Shown here: piece after piece, positions 11,008 to 19,961 of the stretch
Layout of the letters: each line of letters opens with the position of its first letter
Position numbering within the stretch: the first letter of the stretch is position 1
Notes under the pieces: model-generated
Seen by the model: the letters and a program-made list of their open reading frames with translations, nothing else
What the model was told of the DNA's origin: nothing
Database searches by the model: none
Assembly: GCA_043821365.1 (NCBI GenBank)
Contig: JBDRCX010000006.1
Location: forward strand, 576,001-640,000
Direction of reading: 5' to 3'
Source: Candidatus Micrarchaeota archaeon
Lineage (GTDB): Archaea; Micrarchaeota; Micrarchaeia; Anstonellales; Bilamarchaeaceae
DNA length: 64,000 nt
Program-made: the position numbers and the translations under genes

Positions 11008-11063
11008 GGTGAATATATGAACGTCGATACGTTCATAATTAACCTTTATATTTGAAGGTGATC

Positions 11064-12110
11064 ATGATGAAATCAAACAAAAAACAAACAGTAAAGATCC
11101 CGGCATACGAAGCCGTTGGTGTTGTTTGTGCTCAAAGCATCGGTGAACCAGGTACGCAGATGACGATGCGTACCTTCCACTATGCAGGTGTTGCAGAACA
11201 CGTACCAACTGGTTTGCCAAGACTTATTGAAATTGTGGATGCTAAAAAAGAACCAAAAAAAGCAATTATTGATGTCTATTTGAAATCTTCATATGCAAGA
11301 AGTCGTGGTGATGCAGAAAAGGTTGCAAAAGAACTTGCAAGTGTCTTTGTTTCTGATGTTGCAGATGTTGAAGATGATCTTGAAAACCTTGTAATAAAAG
11401 TAACCTATAATGAAAAAGATGGCAAATCTCAAAGTATAACTTTCAATATGGTCAAAAAAGCATTCGAATCATTTCAAGGAACTATGAAGGTTGATGATTC
11501 AACAATTACACTTAAACCAGCACATGATGATGGTAAAGATAAGAAGAAAGAAAAAAAGATCACTGCAAAATCAGTTAGAAAACTTACTCAGAAAGTTCGC
11601 GAGACAATAGTTAGAGGGGTAAAAGGAATTCACAAAGCAGTTGTAATAAAAGGAGAAAATGAATATTTCATACGCGCAGGTGGATTTAATGTCATTGGGG
11701 CATCAGAAAACCCATCAGTTGACCCAAAGAGAATTTACACCAATAATATTAAAGAAATTGAAAGGATTTATGGTATTGAAGCTGCAAGAAATGCAATCGT
11801 ACGTGAGATCAAAGAAGTTATGAATATGCAGAAACTATATGTTGATATTAGGCATATAATGTTGATTGCAGATGCAATGACTCATTCAGGTTATGTCAAA
11901 TCAATTGGAAGGCATGGTCTATCTGGTGAAAAAGTAGGTGTTCTTGGAAGAGCAGCTTTCGAAGAAACCATAAAACATTTGATAAATGCAAGTGCATTCT
12001 CTGAAGAAGAGAAATTAATTGGTGTGACAGAAAATATCATTGTTGGTCAGACTGTTCCAGTTGGTACTGGCAAGATAAAACTTGTTATGAAACACACTAA
12101 GAAAAGGTGA
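11064..12110 (+). CDS. rpoA'': DNA-directed RNA polymerase subunit A'' (Rpo1C)
   Basis: [27 protein letters not shown] (trigger-loop region), [21 protein letters not shown]; ATG after AAGGTGA (ORF track start 11052). Confidence 0.96.
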   Translation: MMKSNKKQTVKIPAYEAVGVVCAQSIGEPGTQMTMRTFHYAGVAEHVPTGLPRLIEIVDAKKEPKKAIIDVYLKSSYARSRGDAEKVAKELASVFVSDVADVEDDLENLVIKVTYNEKDGKSQSITFNMVKKAFESFQGTMKVDDSTITLKPAHDDGKDKKKEKKITAKSVRKLTQKVRETIVRGVKGIHKAVVIKGENEYFIRAGGFNVIGASENPSVDPKRIYTNNIKEIERIYGIEAARNAIVREIKEVMNMQKLYVDIRHIMLIADAMTHSGYVKSIGRHGLSGEKVGVLGRAAFEETIKHLINASAFSEEEKLIGVTENIIVGQTVPVGTGKIKLVMKHTKKR

Positions 12111-12115
12111 TTTTA

Positions 12116-12517
12116 ATGACTGAAGAAGTTCAAGAAGAAGTTAACGAAGAAGTTGAAGAAAAAGTTAAGAAAGTAAAAACTAAAAAAGTAGTTCGAAGAA
12201 GAAAAACAAAGAAAGAAAGAGAGAATCCGCTCACAGTGGCAATAAGACTTGCAGTTGAAAGTGGTTCAGTTGAATTTGGTGCACGCGCAGGTCTATCTGA
12301 AAGTGGAGGCAAAGCAAAACTCTTTGTAATGGCAGATAATCTTCCAGATGTTCTAAAAAACAAGGTTGAAACATTTGCTAAAACTTCAAAAATACCATTA
12401 ATAGTTTTTGATGGAAGTAGCATGGAACTTGGTTCAGTTTGTGGTAAACCATTTCCGATATCAGTACTATCTGTTTACAAGGAGGGTTCTTCAAACATCC
12501 TTGATCTAGCAAAATAA
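12116..12517 (+). CDS. rpl30e: 50S ribosomal protein L30e with charged N-terminal extension
   Basis: AIRLAVESGSVEFG...FDGSSMELGSVCGKPFPISVLSVYKEGSSNIL; canonical position after rpoA''. Confidence 0.9.
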   Translation: MTEEVQEEVNEEVEEKVKKVKTKKVVRRRKTKKERENPLTVAIRLAVESGSVEFGARAGLSESGGKAKLFVMADNLPDVLKNKVETFAKTSKIPLIVFDGSSMELGSVCGKPFPISVLSVYKEGSSNILDLAK

Positions 12518-12611
12518 TTTTTATTATTTATTTTTATGAGGGTTTTCATGATATTTTTTTTACATATGATGGGGATGGAAAACCCCAAGAAGGAAGATGT
12601 TGAGGGTTTTC

Positions 12612-13046
12612 ATGGTTGAATTAACTGAAGATGATCTGAATATATTCTCTAATTTTGAGAAAATTACTCACGTTATGCCATCTGATTATTTAACTACTGA
12701 ATCATCAGTCCTCTTTTTAGTTGGTCCTGAAGTTTTAGGTAAAGCAATTGGTAAAAATGCCTCAAACATCAAAAGACTCAGCGAAGTTTTTAGAAAACGT
12801 GTAATTGTGATTGCAGATAACCCAGACCTTGAACTTTTCATCAGAAGTTTCTTTGGAAATATAAAAATCTATGATATAGAAATCCGTGATGTTATGGGCG
12901 AGAGGGCTGTTATGCTTACCATCGAGGAAAAAGATAGGGGCATAGCAATTGGTCGCGATGGTGAGAGAATTAAAGCTGCCAAAGCTCTGTTAAAGAAGAA
13001 ATTCAATGCAACTGTGCATGTAAGAACAAGAAGAACTGCTATCTAA
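12612..13046 (+). CDS. nusA: Archaeal NusA (KH-domain transcription elongation factor)
   Basis: GKAIGKNASNIK and DRGIAIGRDGERIK KH motifs; follows rpl30e (ORF track start 12597). Confidence 0.92.
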   Translation: MVELTEDDLNIFSNFEKITHVMPSDYLTTESSVLFLVGPEVLGKAIGKNASNIKRLSEVFRKRVIVIADNPDLELFIRSFFGNIKIYDIEIRDVMGERAVMLTIEEKDRGIAIGRDGERIKAAKALLKKKFNATVHVRTRRTAI

Positions 13047-13084
13047 TTCACAAAAAATATATTGTTTATTGTACTACTAATGTC

Positions 13085-13930
13085 ATGGACATTCTAATAA
13101 TTGGTGGTTCAAGATTCGTAGGTCCTTTTCTAGTTAAACTATTGGTTGAAAAAAAACATAATGTAACACTTTTCAATCGTGGATTAATCCAATCTGATTA
13201 CGATCAAGTACTATTTATCAAAGGCGATAGGAATGGAGGGTTTCAGATAGATCAAAAATTCCAGGTTGTAATAGATATGTGCGCCTATGATGGTATGCAA
13301 ACAAAAACTGCTCTAACCCAACTTGATTTTGATTTTTTTATTCATTTTGGGACTGCCGCTGCTTATAGAAAATCAAATTTCATATTAACTGAAGAGTCAC
13401 CTCTTGGTGATTGGCCACTTTGGGGGGAGTATAATAGGGGTAAAGTAGAATGTGAAAATGTTCTCGCAGCAGGCAATATTAATTTTGCATCGATTCGTCC
13501 AGTCTACATTCTTGGTCCAAAGAATTATTCTGATCGGGAACATTTTATTTATAATAAAATTAGATCATCAGAGCCATTGATCTTACCAGGTGATGGGAAT
13601 GCAACGGTTCAGTTTGTCTTTGCCAATGACGTGGCAAATTGTATGGCTCTTTTGGCTGAGAAAAGGGCAAAAGGATGTTTCAATTGTGTTGGTGATGAAA
13701 AGATCACATTAAGAAATTTAGTGAATGGAATGGGCAAAATTGTTGGAAAAAAACCAATACTAAAATTCAATCCAGACAATGACGGGGAAAATTTTGATAG
13801 ATCCGAATTTCCATTTGCCAATGAAAATTTTATATGTAGTAATGCCAAATTCAAATCATTTGGCGTGAATTTCACCCCGTTGTTCAAAGGTCTCAAAGAA
13901 GATTATGAAAATTACTATTCCAAACTTTAG
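13085..13930 (+). CDS. NAD-dependent epimerase/dehydratase (extended SDR)
   Basis: ILIIGGSRFVG Rossmann motif, YxxxK (YNRGK), RPVYILGP. Confidence 0.85.
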   Translation: MDILIIGGSRFVGPFLVKLLVEKKHNVTLFNRGLIQSDYDQVLFIKGDRNGGFQIDQKFQVVIDMCAYDGMQTKTALTQLDFDFFIHFGTAAAYRKSNFILTEESPLGDWPLWGEYNRGKVECENVLAAGNINFASIRPVYILGPKNYSDREHFIYNKIRSSEPLILPGDGNATVQFVFANDVANCMALLAEKRAKGCFNCVGDEKITLRNLVNGMGKIVGKKPILKFNPDNDGENFDRSEFPFANENFICSNAKFKSFGVNFTPLFKGLKEDYENYYSKL

Positions 13931-14649
13931 TCTTTTTCAAAAACAGAAAGTGAAATCTCAGTTATTACTATTTTCTTATTCTCTATTACTTCGTATACAT
14001 CTGTTCCTCTTTCTACTTTTTTCAAAACACCATTTATCCAAAAATACGGATTTCCATAAGGATCTGTTCGTTTTTCTATATTCACACTAAACCTATCTCT
14101 CTGCATTTTTTGCATATAAACAATTTCCGCATCCTCTGGTTCTAGTGGCAAATTCACGTTAAAAAATTTGTCAGGTTTTAGTTTTGGTTTTAATTCTTTA
14201 ATTAGGTCTTCAACAAGGTTTGCTATCTTTTCTTTATCCCCCCAATTTCCCTTACCCCAATCTCTCTTTTCTTTTGCCATTGAAAAAGCTATCGCAGGTA
14301 TGCCCTCAAGTGCCGCCTGCCAGCATGCGGCAACTGTTCCTGATCCAAGCAAACAATCTATTCCAGCATTGTCCCCCCAATTTATCCCAGACAAAACCAT
14401 ATCTGGTTTTTTGAATTCATCTGAAAAAATCGAGAAAAGAACACAATCAGACGGAGTACCATTTATTGAATGGATATTTTTTTCTATTTTATGAAGCCGT
14501 ATTGGTTTATGCATTGTCAATGCTCCTGAAACTGCACTTCTCTGTCTATTTGGAATTATAGCATATGATTTGTCAAATTTTTCAGCAACCCTAAGAAGTA
14601 TCCTCAAACCTTCAGAGTCACCATCATCATTAGTAACAAGAATCGTCAT
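13927..14649 (-). CDS. surE: 5'/3'-nucleotidase SurE
   Basis: ILVTNDDG, QRSAVSGA, GTPSDCV, SGINWGDNAG, SGTVAA, GIPAIAFS. Confidence 0.93.
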   Translation of the reverse strand: MTILVTNDDGDSEGLRILLRVAEKFDKSYAIIPNRQRSAVSGALTMHKPIRLHKIEKNIHSINGTPSDCVLFSIFSDEFKKPDMVLSGINWGDNAGIDCLLGSGTVAACWQAALEGIPAIAFSMAKEKRDWGKGNWGDKEKIANLVEDLIKELKPKLKPDKFFNVNLPLEPEDAEIVYMQKMQRDRFSVNIEKRTDPYGNPYFWINGVLKKVERGTDVYEVIENKKIVITEISLSVFEKD

Positions 14650-14693
14650 GTATCAATTTGAACAATTAAATTAAAAACATTGTATGTGTTTCA

Positions 14694-16607
14694 TTGTTAA
14701 GGTGTTTTTATATGGTTACTATGGATGAGCATAGAAAGAAAATTTCTTTTTTGAAAACTGAACTTATGCCTTTCCTGGCAAGTATGAAAAATGATAAGGA
14801 AAAACTTAACCTAATCATGTATGTTTTCTATCCTGATATTCTTAGGGAATATAAAAAAATAAAAGCAACAAAAATCTTTGATGCAGTTCCTGATGCACAG
14901 GGCCAACCACTGCTTGAATTGTATAATGATATCACCAAAAATGCCACAAGATATGGCAGCGGCATCAAGACTCTCACTGCATTAAATCAAAAGTTGACTG
15001 AACTTCTTGGGGCAAAATATACTGGAATAAAAAATCCAGAGTCATTTTCAAAACTTGGAGCTTCTTTTAATTTATTGAGGTCAAAATTCGGAAAAGATAT
15101 TGAACCAGCAAAAGCTGAATTAGCCAAGATGATTATGGATGCTCTTGGATTGGATGAGGCCACTGCAACGCAGATTGTTAGTGATCAAAATGCTTCACAG
15201 TCGCTTACTGGTGCGTCTCAAGACTTTACAAGAGCAAAAAGTATGGGGGTTGACACAATTTCAAAATTTTCCAGTATGGTTGCCGAAGTTTTCAAGCAAG
15301 AAACTGCTAAAGGAAATTTTGACTTTGCTTATAATTATCTAACAACTCTATTTAATGACGCAAAAGCAGAACGAAGACCTGGAGATGTTACAGAATATGT
15401 TCCTGAGTTTGTCAATTCATACGTTGAACTCTATTCATCAATGTTTGAACCATTCGAAGTTCCTGAATACTCAACAATAGAACAGGCACAGAAAGTTCTG
15501 CAAGATTCGATGTCAAAAAATTACTACGGAAATACCATAACAGTGCTTCTTGATCTTTTGAATGCGGGAGCAACTGGACTTGATACGCAAACAAATCAGC
15601 TTGTTGCATTTATGAAGGAGAAATTTGGTTCAGAGCAAGCAAAGGCTACTTTTACAATGCTTGAAAAACACCAGATGGATGACAGTATGGATATTATCGC
15701 AGAGAATGCAAATGCAAGCAAGTATTCATTTTTTGATCTTGACAAGTTTTCTGCACAGTATGGCTCTGATCTTAAGGAGACACAACCAAGCCTTGGACTC
15801 TTCACATTGTCAACCCCGAGAACTTTATATAAGGCAATGGAGGTGGCAAATGAAAACGTACCCAAAACTTTCCAGACTACTGGAGTTTCGACATTCTACA
15901 ATGTTGCAGTAAAGTTTGCATTAATGCAGATGCCATTATGGCAGCTTCAAACAGTGAAAAAGCTTGAATCATTATTGCAATCAACATTGAATAGTGAACT
16001 TTTGGCAGACAAAAGCGATGATGAATGTAAAAAATATTATTCTGAGAACTACCTGAGATCAAGAGGAGCATTAGACAGAATAACAAAATCATTGAAATCA
16101 GCAAAGGAATTGAACATTCTTTCAAAAGAAATTCTTGATTCCATGCTTAGTTTTGTTGAAACACGTGCACCTCCATTATTAAAAGCAGGGGAGGCAGCTT
16201 ATTTAGAAAAACTCGACACAATACAACCACCAAAAGATGGTTACACCCAGCCAGATTTGACACAAGTAAAGCAAGATCTTCTTGCATCACAACAAAAACT
16301 TGATGGTAAAGGAGAGAAAACTCTTGGTATAATAGTTAGTTCTCCTGATTGGGAGCTTATTGAAGAGAAAAAATGGAAGATGCAAGGAGATACCCTTGTT
16401 GAGTATATAAACCGTTATCGCTGGACAAAAGGTTATATCATAGTGGAAAGAGGTGATTCATTTTACTGGGCATATCCAGTTGGTTTCACATCTTTACCAT
16501 ATCAAAATAGCTGGGGGAAACCTTATGTCAGTGGTACACTTATGACTGATATAATCTTCCTTTCAAAAAAGAATACAGAAGCTGCCGGGCTTTTAATGGT
16601 TAAATAA
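14694..16607 (+). CDS. Hypothetical protein, predominantly helical (start may be ATG 14712)
   Basis: 637-aa uninterrupted ORF; no recognised motif. Confidence 0.7.
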   Translation: MLRCFYMVTMDEHRKKISFLKTELMPFLASMKNDKEKLNLIMYVFYPDILREYKKIKATKIFDAVPDAQGQPLLELYNDITKNATRYGSGIKTLTALNQKLTELLGAKYTGIKNPESFSKLGASFNLLRSKFGKDIEPAKAELAKMIMDALGLDEATATQIVSDQNASQSLTGASQDFTRAKSMGVDTISKFSSMVAEVFKQETAKGNFDFAYNYLTTLFNDAKAERRPGDVTEYVPEFVNSYVELYSSMFEPFEVPEYSTIEQAQKVLQDSMSKNYYGNTITVLLDLLNAGATGLDTQTNQLVAFMKEKFGSEQAKATFTMLEKHQMDDSMDIIAENANASKYSFFDLDKFSAQYGSDLKETQPSLGLFTLSTPRTLYKAMEVANENVPKTFQTTGVSTFYNVAVKFALMQMPLWQLQTVKKLESLLQSTLNSELLADKSDDECKKYYSENYLRSRGALDRITKSLKSAKELNILSKEILDSMLSFVETRAPPLLKAGEAAYLEKLDTIQPPKDGYTQPDLTQVKQDLLASQQKLDGKGEKTLGIIVSSPDWELIEEKKWKMQGDTLVEYINRYRWTKGYIIVERGDSFYWAYPVGFTSLPYQNSWGKPYVSGTLMTDIIFLSKKNTEAAGLLMVK

Positions 16608-16611
16608 TTTT

Positions 16612-17166
16612 TTATCCTATTTTCTTTATTTTCTCAAGAAGTAGTTCGAATTTTGTATATCCTGCTTTAACATTAAAATGTCCTGCATTTGGTAATACAA
16701 TCAGGTCTGCATCTAAGTTTTTGGCCAATTCAATTCCATTTCCAACTCCTACCATAGAATCATCTTCAGAATGGAAAATAGTTATTCTTCCACCATTATC
16801 TCTGATCTTTTTCCAATCAAATGGTTTTCCTATAAATGGCTGGTCTCCTTCCCAGTTTTTTATTGGTCTAACTCCTATTGGTGTAGCTACAAGAAAGGTT
16901 GCATTTATTTTTCTGTCAAAAGTTTCAAGAACCCTCAATGCAAAAGCTCCACCCAAACTATGTGCCACTAAAATCGTGTTCTTGTTGAAATCTTTTTTAT
17001 ATCTGTCAAAAATTTCAAACCAAGTTTCTGGAGTTTGATTTTCAGGGGTTGGAAACTGTGGTATTATGACTTTGTAACTCATTTTCTCTAGCTCTGTTTT
17101 CAACCAAGGAAACCAATTTTCTTGTGGGTGACCTCCAGTGCCATGAATGATAAATACTGTTTTCAT
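16612..17166 (-). CDS. Alpha/beta hydrolase, RBBP9/YdeN family
   Basis: IIHGTGG...WFPWL, AHSLG nucleophile elbow, HSEDD, AGHFN. Confidence 0.88.
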   Translation of the reverse strand: MKTVFIIHGTGGHPQENWFPWLKTELEKMSYKVIIPQFPTPENQTPETWFEIFDRYKKDFNKNTILVAHSLGGAFALRVLETFDRKINATFLVATPIGVRPIKNWEGDQPFIGKPFDWKKIRDNGGRITIFHSEDDSMVGVGNGIELAKNLDADLIVLPNAGHFNVKAGYTKFELLLEKIKKIG

Positions 17167-17277
17167 CCTCTATTCCTCCTTCAGCTTCCGGAGCATTAGT
17201 CTATTCTGAGACGAACGGACCAGAAGATTTTGTAAGTTTGTGACGTTTTAGTTTCTAATGAGTTCTGTTAGAATACA

Positions 17278-18570
17278 TTATGGCATTAGCCTCATTCTAT
17301 CTCTCGGGAACATTGTGCACTCACGAATATTTTCCTGTTGGCAAATTTTCATCACCAATCTATCAAGTCCAATACTCCATCCTGCATGTGGTGGTGCACC
17401 CATTCTGAATGCATTTATGTAAAATTCAAAATCAGCTGGATTCAATCCTCTTTTTTTGAGTTGGTTCTCAAGAACTTCAGGAATATGAATACGTTTTGCT
17501 CCACTTGAGATCTCCAAACCTCTGTACATAAGATCAAATGCATGGCAGATTTTATGGTCTCTCTCATCAGGCATGGAATAAAATGCCCTAACTTCAGTTG
17601 GCCAATCATAAATAAAGTAAAGTTCATGGTCAAGTATTTCATGCAATTTTCTCTCTGCTTCTTTTGTGAAATCCCATCCATGCTTCATTTCAAAGCCGTC
17701 TGCATTTAATTTGTCAACAAGTTCACTATATTTGTATCTTGGAACTTTTTCGGGGATCACTATTTCTCCCCATAATTTTGCTATCTCTTCTCCAACTTCT
17801 TTCTTCACAGTTTGAAGTATGTGTGTCATTGTTTTTTCCAAAACATCCATTGCTTCATTATGGTCTACAAATCCCATTTCAATATCCATCTGAGTTATCT
17901 CATTAAGATGGCTTGTGGTATTATGTTTTTCTGCTCTGAAAACTGGAACAGTCATCATCACTCTATCAAAACCACCAATAACAGCAAGTTGTTTGTGAAG
18001 TTGTGGTGATTGGACTAAATAAGCTTTATTTTCAAAATATTGAAGTGGAAAAACATCTGCGCCTCCTTCTGTTGCAGCTCCAGTTATTGCTGATGGGTGT
18101 ATTTCTAAGAATCCAAGTTCCTGAAGTTTTTCCCTGAAAGCTCTCACTGCAATTGCTCTTGTTTTGAATATCAAAGTGGATTCTTTTCTGCGTAAGTCTA
18201 AATATCTAAAATCAAGTCTGGTATCTATCTCTGAAGGTACCACTCCAGTTGGATCAACAGGGAGTTTCCTATCAACTTTATTTAAATGCTCAAAAGCAGT
18301 TGGCACGAGTTCTACTCCATCTGGAGCTGTTTTATTCTCTTTAATCTGGCCTTCAAATGCAACAACATCTTCCTTGTTTAATTTGACAGCCTCAAGTATC
18401 TCTTCACTTACAAGTCCTTTCTTCAATATTACCTGAACCATGCCAGTTATATCTCTAACAAGTACAAATTTCAACTTTCCAAGATCTCTGAAATCATGTA
18501 CCCAACCTGCTATCTTTACAGTATTTCCTTGCATTTTTTTTGCATCATTTATGTAATGAGTCCTATACAT
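17278..18570 (-). CDS. aspS: Aspartate--tRNA ligase, archaeal type, probably non-discriminating
   Basis: OB-fold AGWVH..RDLG, QSPQL, FRAEKHNT, motif 3 GAPPHAGWSIGLDR; His (WVH) and Pro (TAPDG) at positions associated with non-discriminating AspRS. Confidence 0.95.
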   Translation of the reverse strand: MYRTHYINDAKKMQGNTVKIAGWVHDFRDLGKLKFVLVRDITGMVQVILKKGLVSEEILEAVKLNKEDVVAFEGQIKENKTAPDGVELVPTAFEHLNKVDRKLPVDPTGVVPSEIDTRLDFRYLDLRRKESTLIFKTRAIAVRAFREKLQELGFLEIHPSAITGAATEGGADVFPLQYFENKAYLVQSPQLHKQLAVIGGFDRVMMTVPVFRAEKHNTTSHLNEITQMDIEMGFVDHNEAMDVLEKTMTHILQTVKKEVGEEIAKLWGEIVIPEKVPRYKYSELVDKLNADGFEMKHGWDFTKEAERKLHEILDHELYFIYDWPTEVRAFYSMPDERDHKICHAFDLMYRGLEISSGAKRIHIPEVLENQLKKRGLNPADFEFYINAFRMGAPPHAGWSIGLDRLVMKICQQENIRECTMFPRDRMRLMP

Positions 18571-18646
18571 TTTTTCACTTCCGTAAAATGAGTACTAAAA
18601 TGTAATACCAATAGCTATTAAAAAACCCATATAGGATATTAATATT

Positions 18647-19960
18647 ATGGAGGTTCTGCTGCTACCACTACTGATGACCCTACCTCCTGCTGCAGGTACA
18701 TTAATAGGGATAGCCATCTTTTTCACAATTTTAGTAACATCCTCACTATTTTTGATTGGTTATGGGATAAATCACCCACCAATGATAGCAATTGCCAAAG
18801 AAGAATTAGCAGCCTTAATTTTTACGGTTATGATAATCTTTTTTTGGTTGAGCTTTGATTCCATACTCAACACCATTGTTTCTGGTCTTATAGTGTCAAC
18901 GTTGCCGCCTCAGGCTTATGTAAGTCCTGATTCATGCCTAAATCCAGCAAATGCAAATACAAACCCAAGTTGTGTTATAAATGGCCTTACCACGAGTCAT
19001 CTTTCACTGGCTGTCGCATCATTAACAATACTTGAACAAAAACTCAAAAACCAATATCTTGATCTTTATCTTTTTGAGGCTCTAATTGGTTTTCTATCAA
19101 CAATTAGTTTCCCGGTTGGGTCTCCAATTCCTGCAGTTAATATCATCTCATTATCAATTGCTCCATTCGCTGGTTTGGGTATGCTTAGTACTGCACATAC
19201 TGTTATTGTCGAATCTATAGGTTATTTACTAACTGTGGTGTGGGCCAAACAATTCATACTTGTTTTTTCCAGAGATATTGTGCCATTATTGTTATTACCG
19301 CTGGGTCTTATGATCCGTGCATTTCCATTCTTTAGAAAAACAGGTTCTAGTGTTATTGCAGTTGCATTTGCGCTTTATTTTGCTCTTCCATTTGCAATTC
19401 TTTTATCTAATTTCTTAATTTTTGATATTTTCCAACCTGCTGATTTTACCTATAATCCATCAAGTGCTACTGCAATGCATACAACAAAATCAAATGCTGA
19501 GGTTACGGGCGAGGTGAATGAAGCCCATGGTGGAAGTGCAACTGAAGAGTTATTCGAACAATTTCGTGCACCAAGTATAATTGATGATTCACAAACAGGC
19601 ACAGAACCATGTGCTGGTAATATAATTTACAGAATGTTTTGCAGTATTTCAAATTTAGTTACTGGAGCGTTCAAAATTGTTGGTGGTTTCTTATCAACAG
19701 TATGGACAATCTGGCGATTCATGGTTGGTATGGCTGGAGACTTTTTCTTTACTGGATTCAACAATCCGTTACTACCTGCAAGTGCATCTGCAGGATTATT
19801 CCATTTCTTGATACTTGAAGTTACAACCATAAGTCCATTTTTGATATTAATAATGCTTACATCTGTACTCGAGATAATAATTACAATAACTGCATTCAGG
19901 AGCATCTCTTTAATGATCGGCGGAGAAGCTGAAATCATAGGTCTAACAAAGGTTGTTTGA
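18647..19960 (+). CDS. Polytopic membrane protein, paralog 1 of six
   Basis: AKEELAAL; GLMIRAFPFFRKTGSSVIAVAFALYFALP; C-terminal ISLMIGGEAEIIGLTKVV. Confidence 0.85.
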   Translation: MEVLLLPLLMTLPPAAGTLIGIAIFFTILVTSSLFLIGYGINHPPMIAIAKEELAALIFTVMIIFFWLSFDSILNTIVSGLIVSTLPPQAYVSPDSCLNPANANTNPSCVINGLTTSHLSLAVASLTILEQKLKNQYLDLYLFEALIGFLSTISFPVGSPIPAVNIISLSIAPFAGLGMLSTAHTVIVESIGYLLTVVWAKQFILVFSRDIVPLLLLPLGLMIRAFPFFRKTGSSVIAVAFALYFALPFAILLSNFLIFDIFQPADFTYNPSSATAMHTTKSNAEVTGEVNEAHGGSATEELFEQFRAPSIIDDSQTGTEPCAGNIIYRMFCSISNLVTGAFKIVGGFLSTVWTIWRFMVGMAGDFFFTGFNNPLLPASASAGLFHFLILEVTTISPFLILIMLTSVLEIIITITAFRSISLMIGGEAEIIGLTKVV

Positions 19961-19961
19961 G

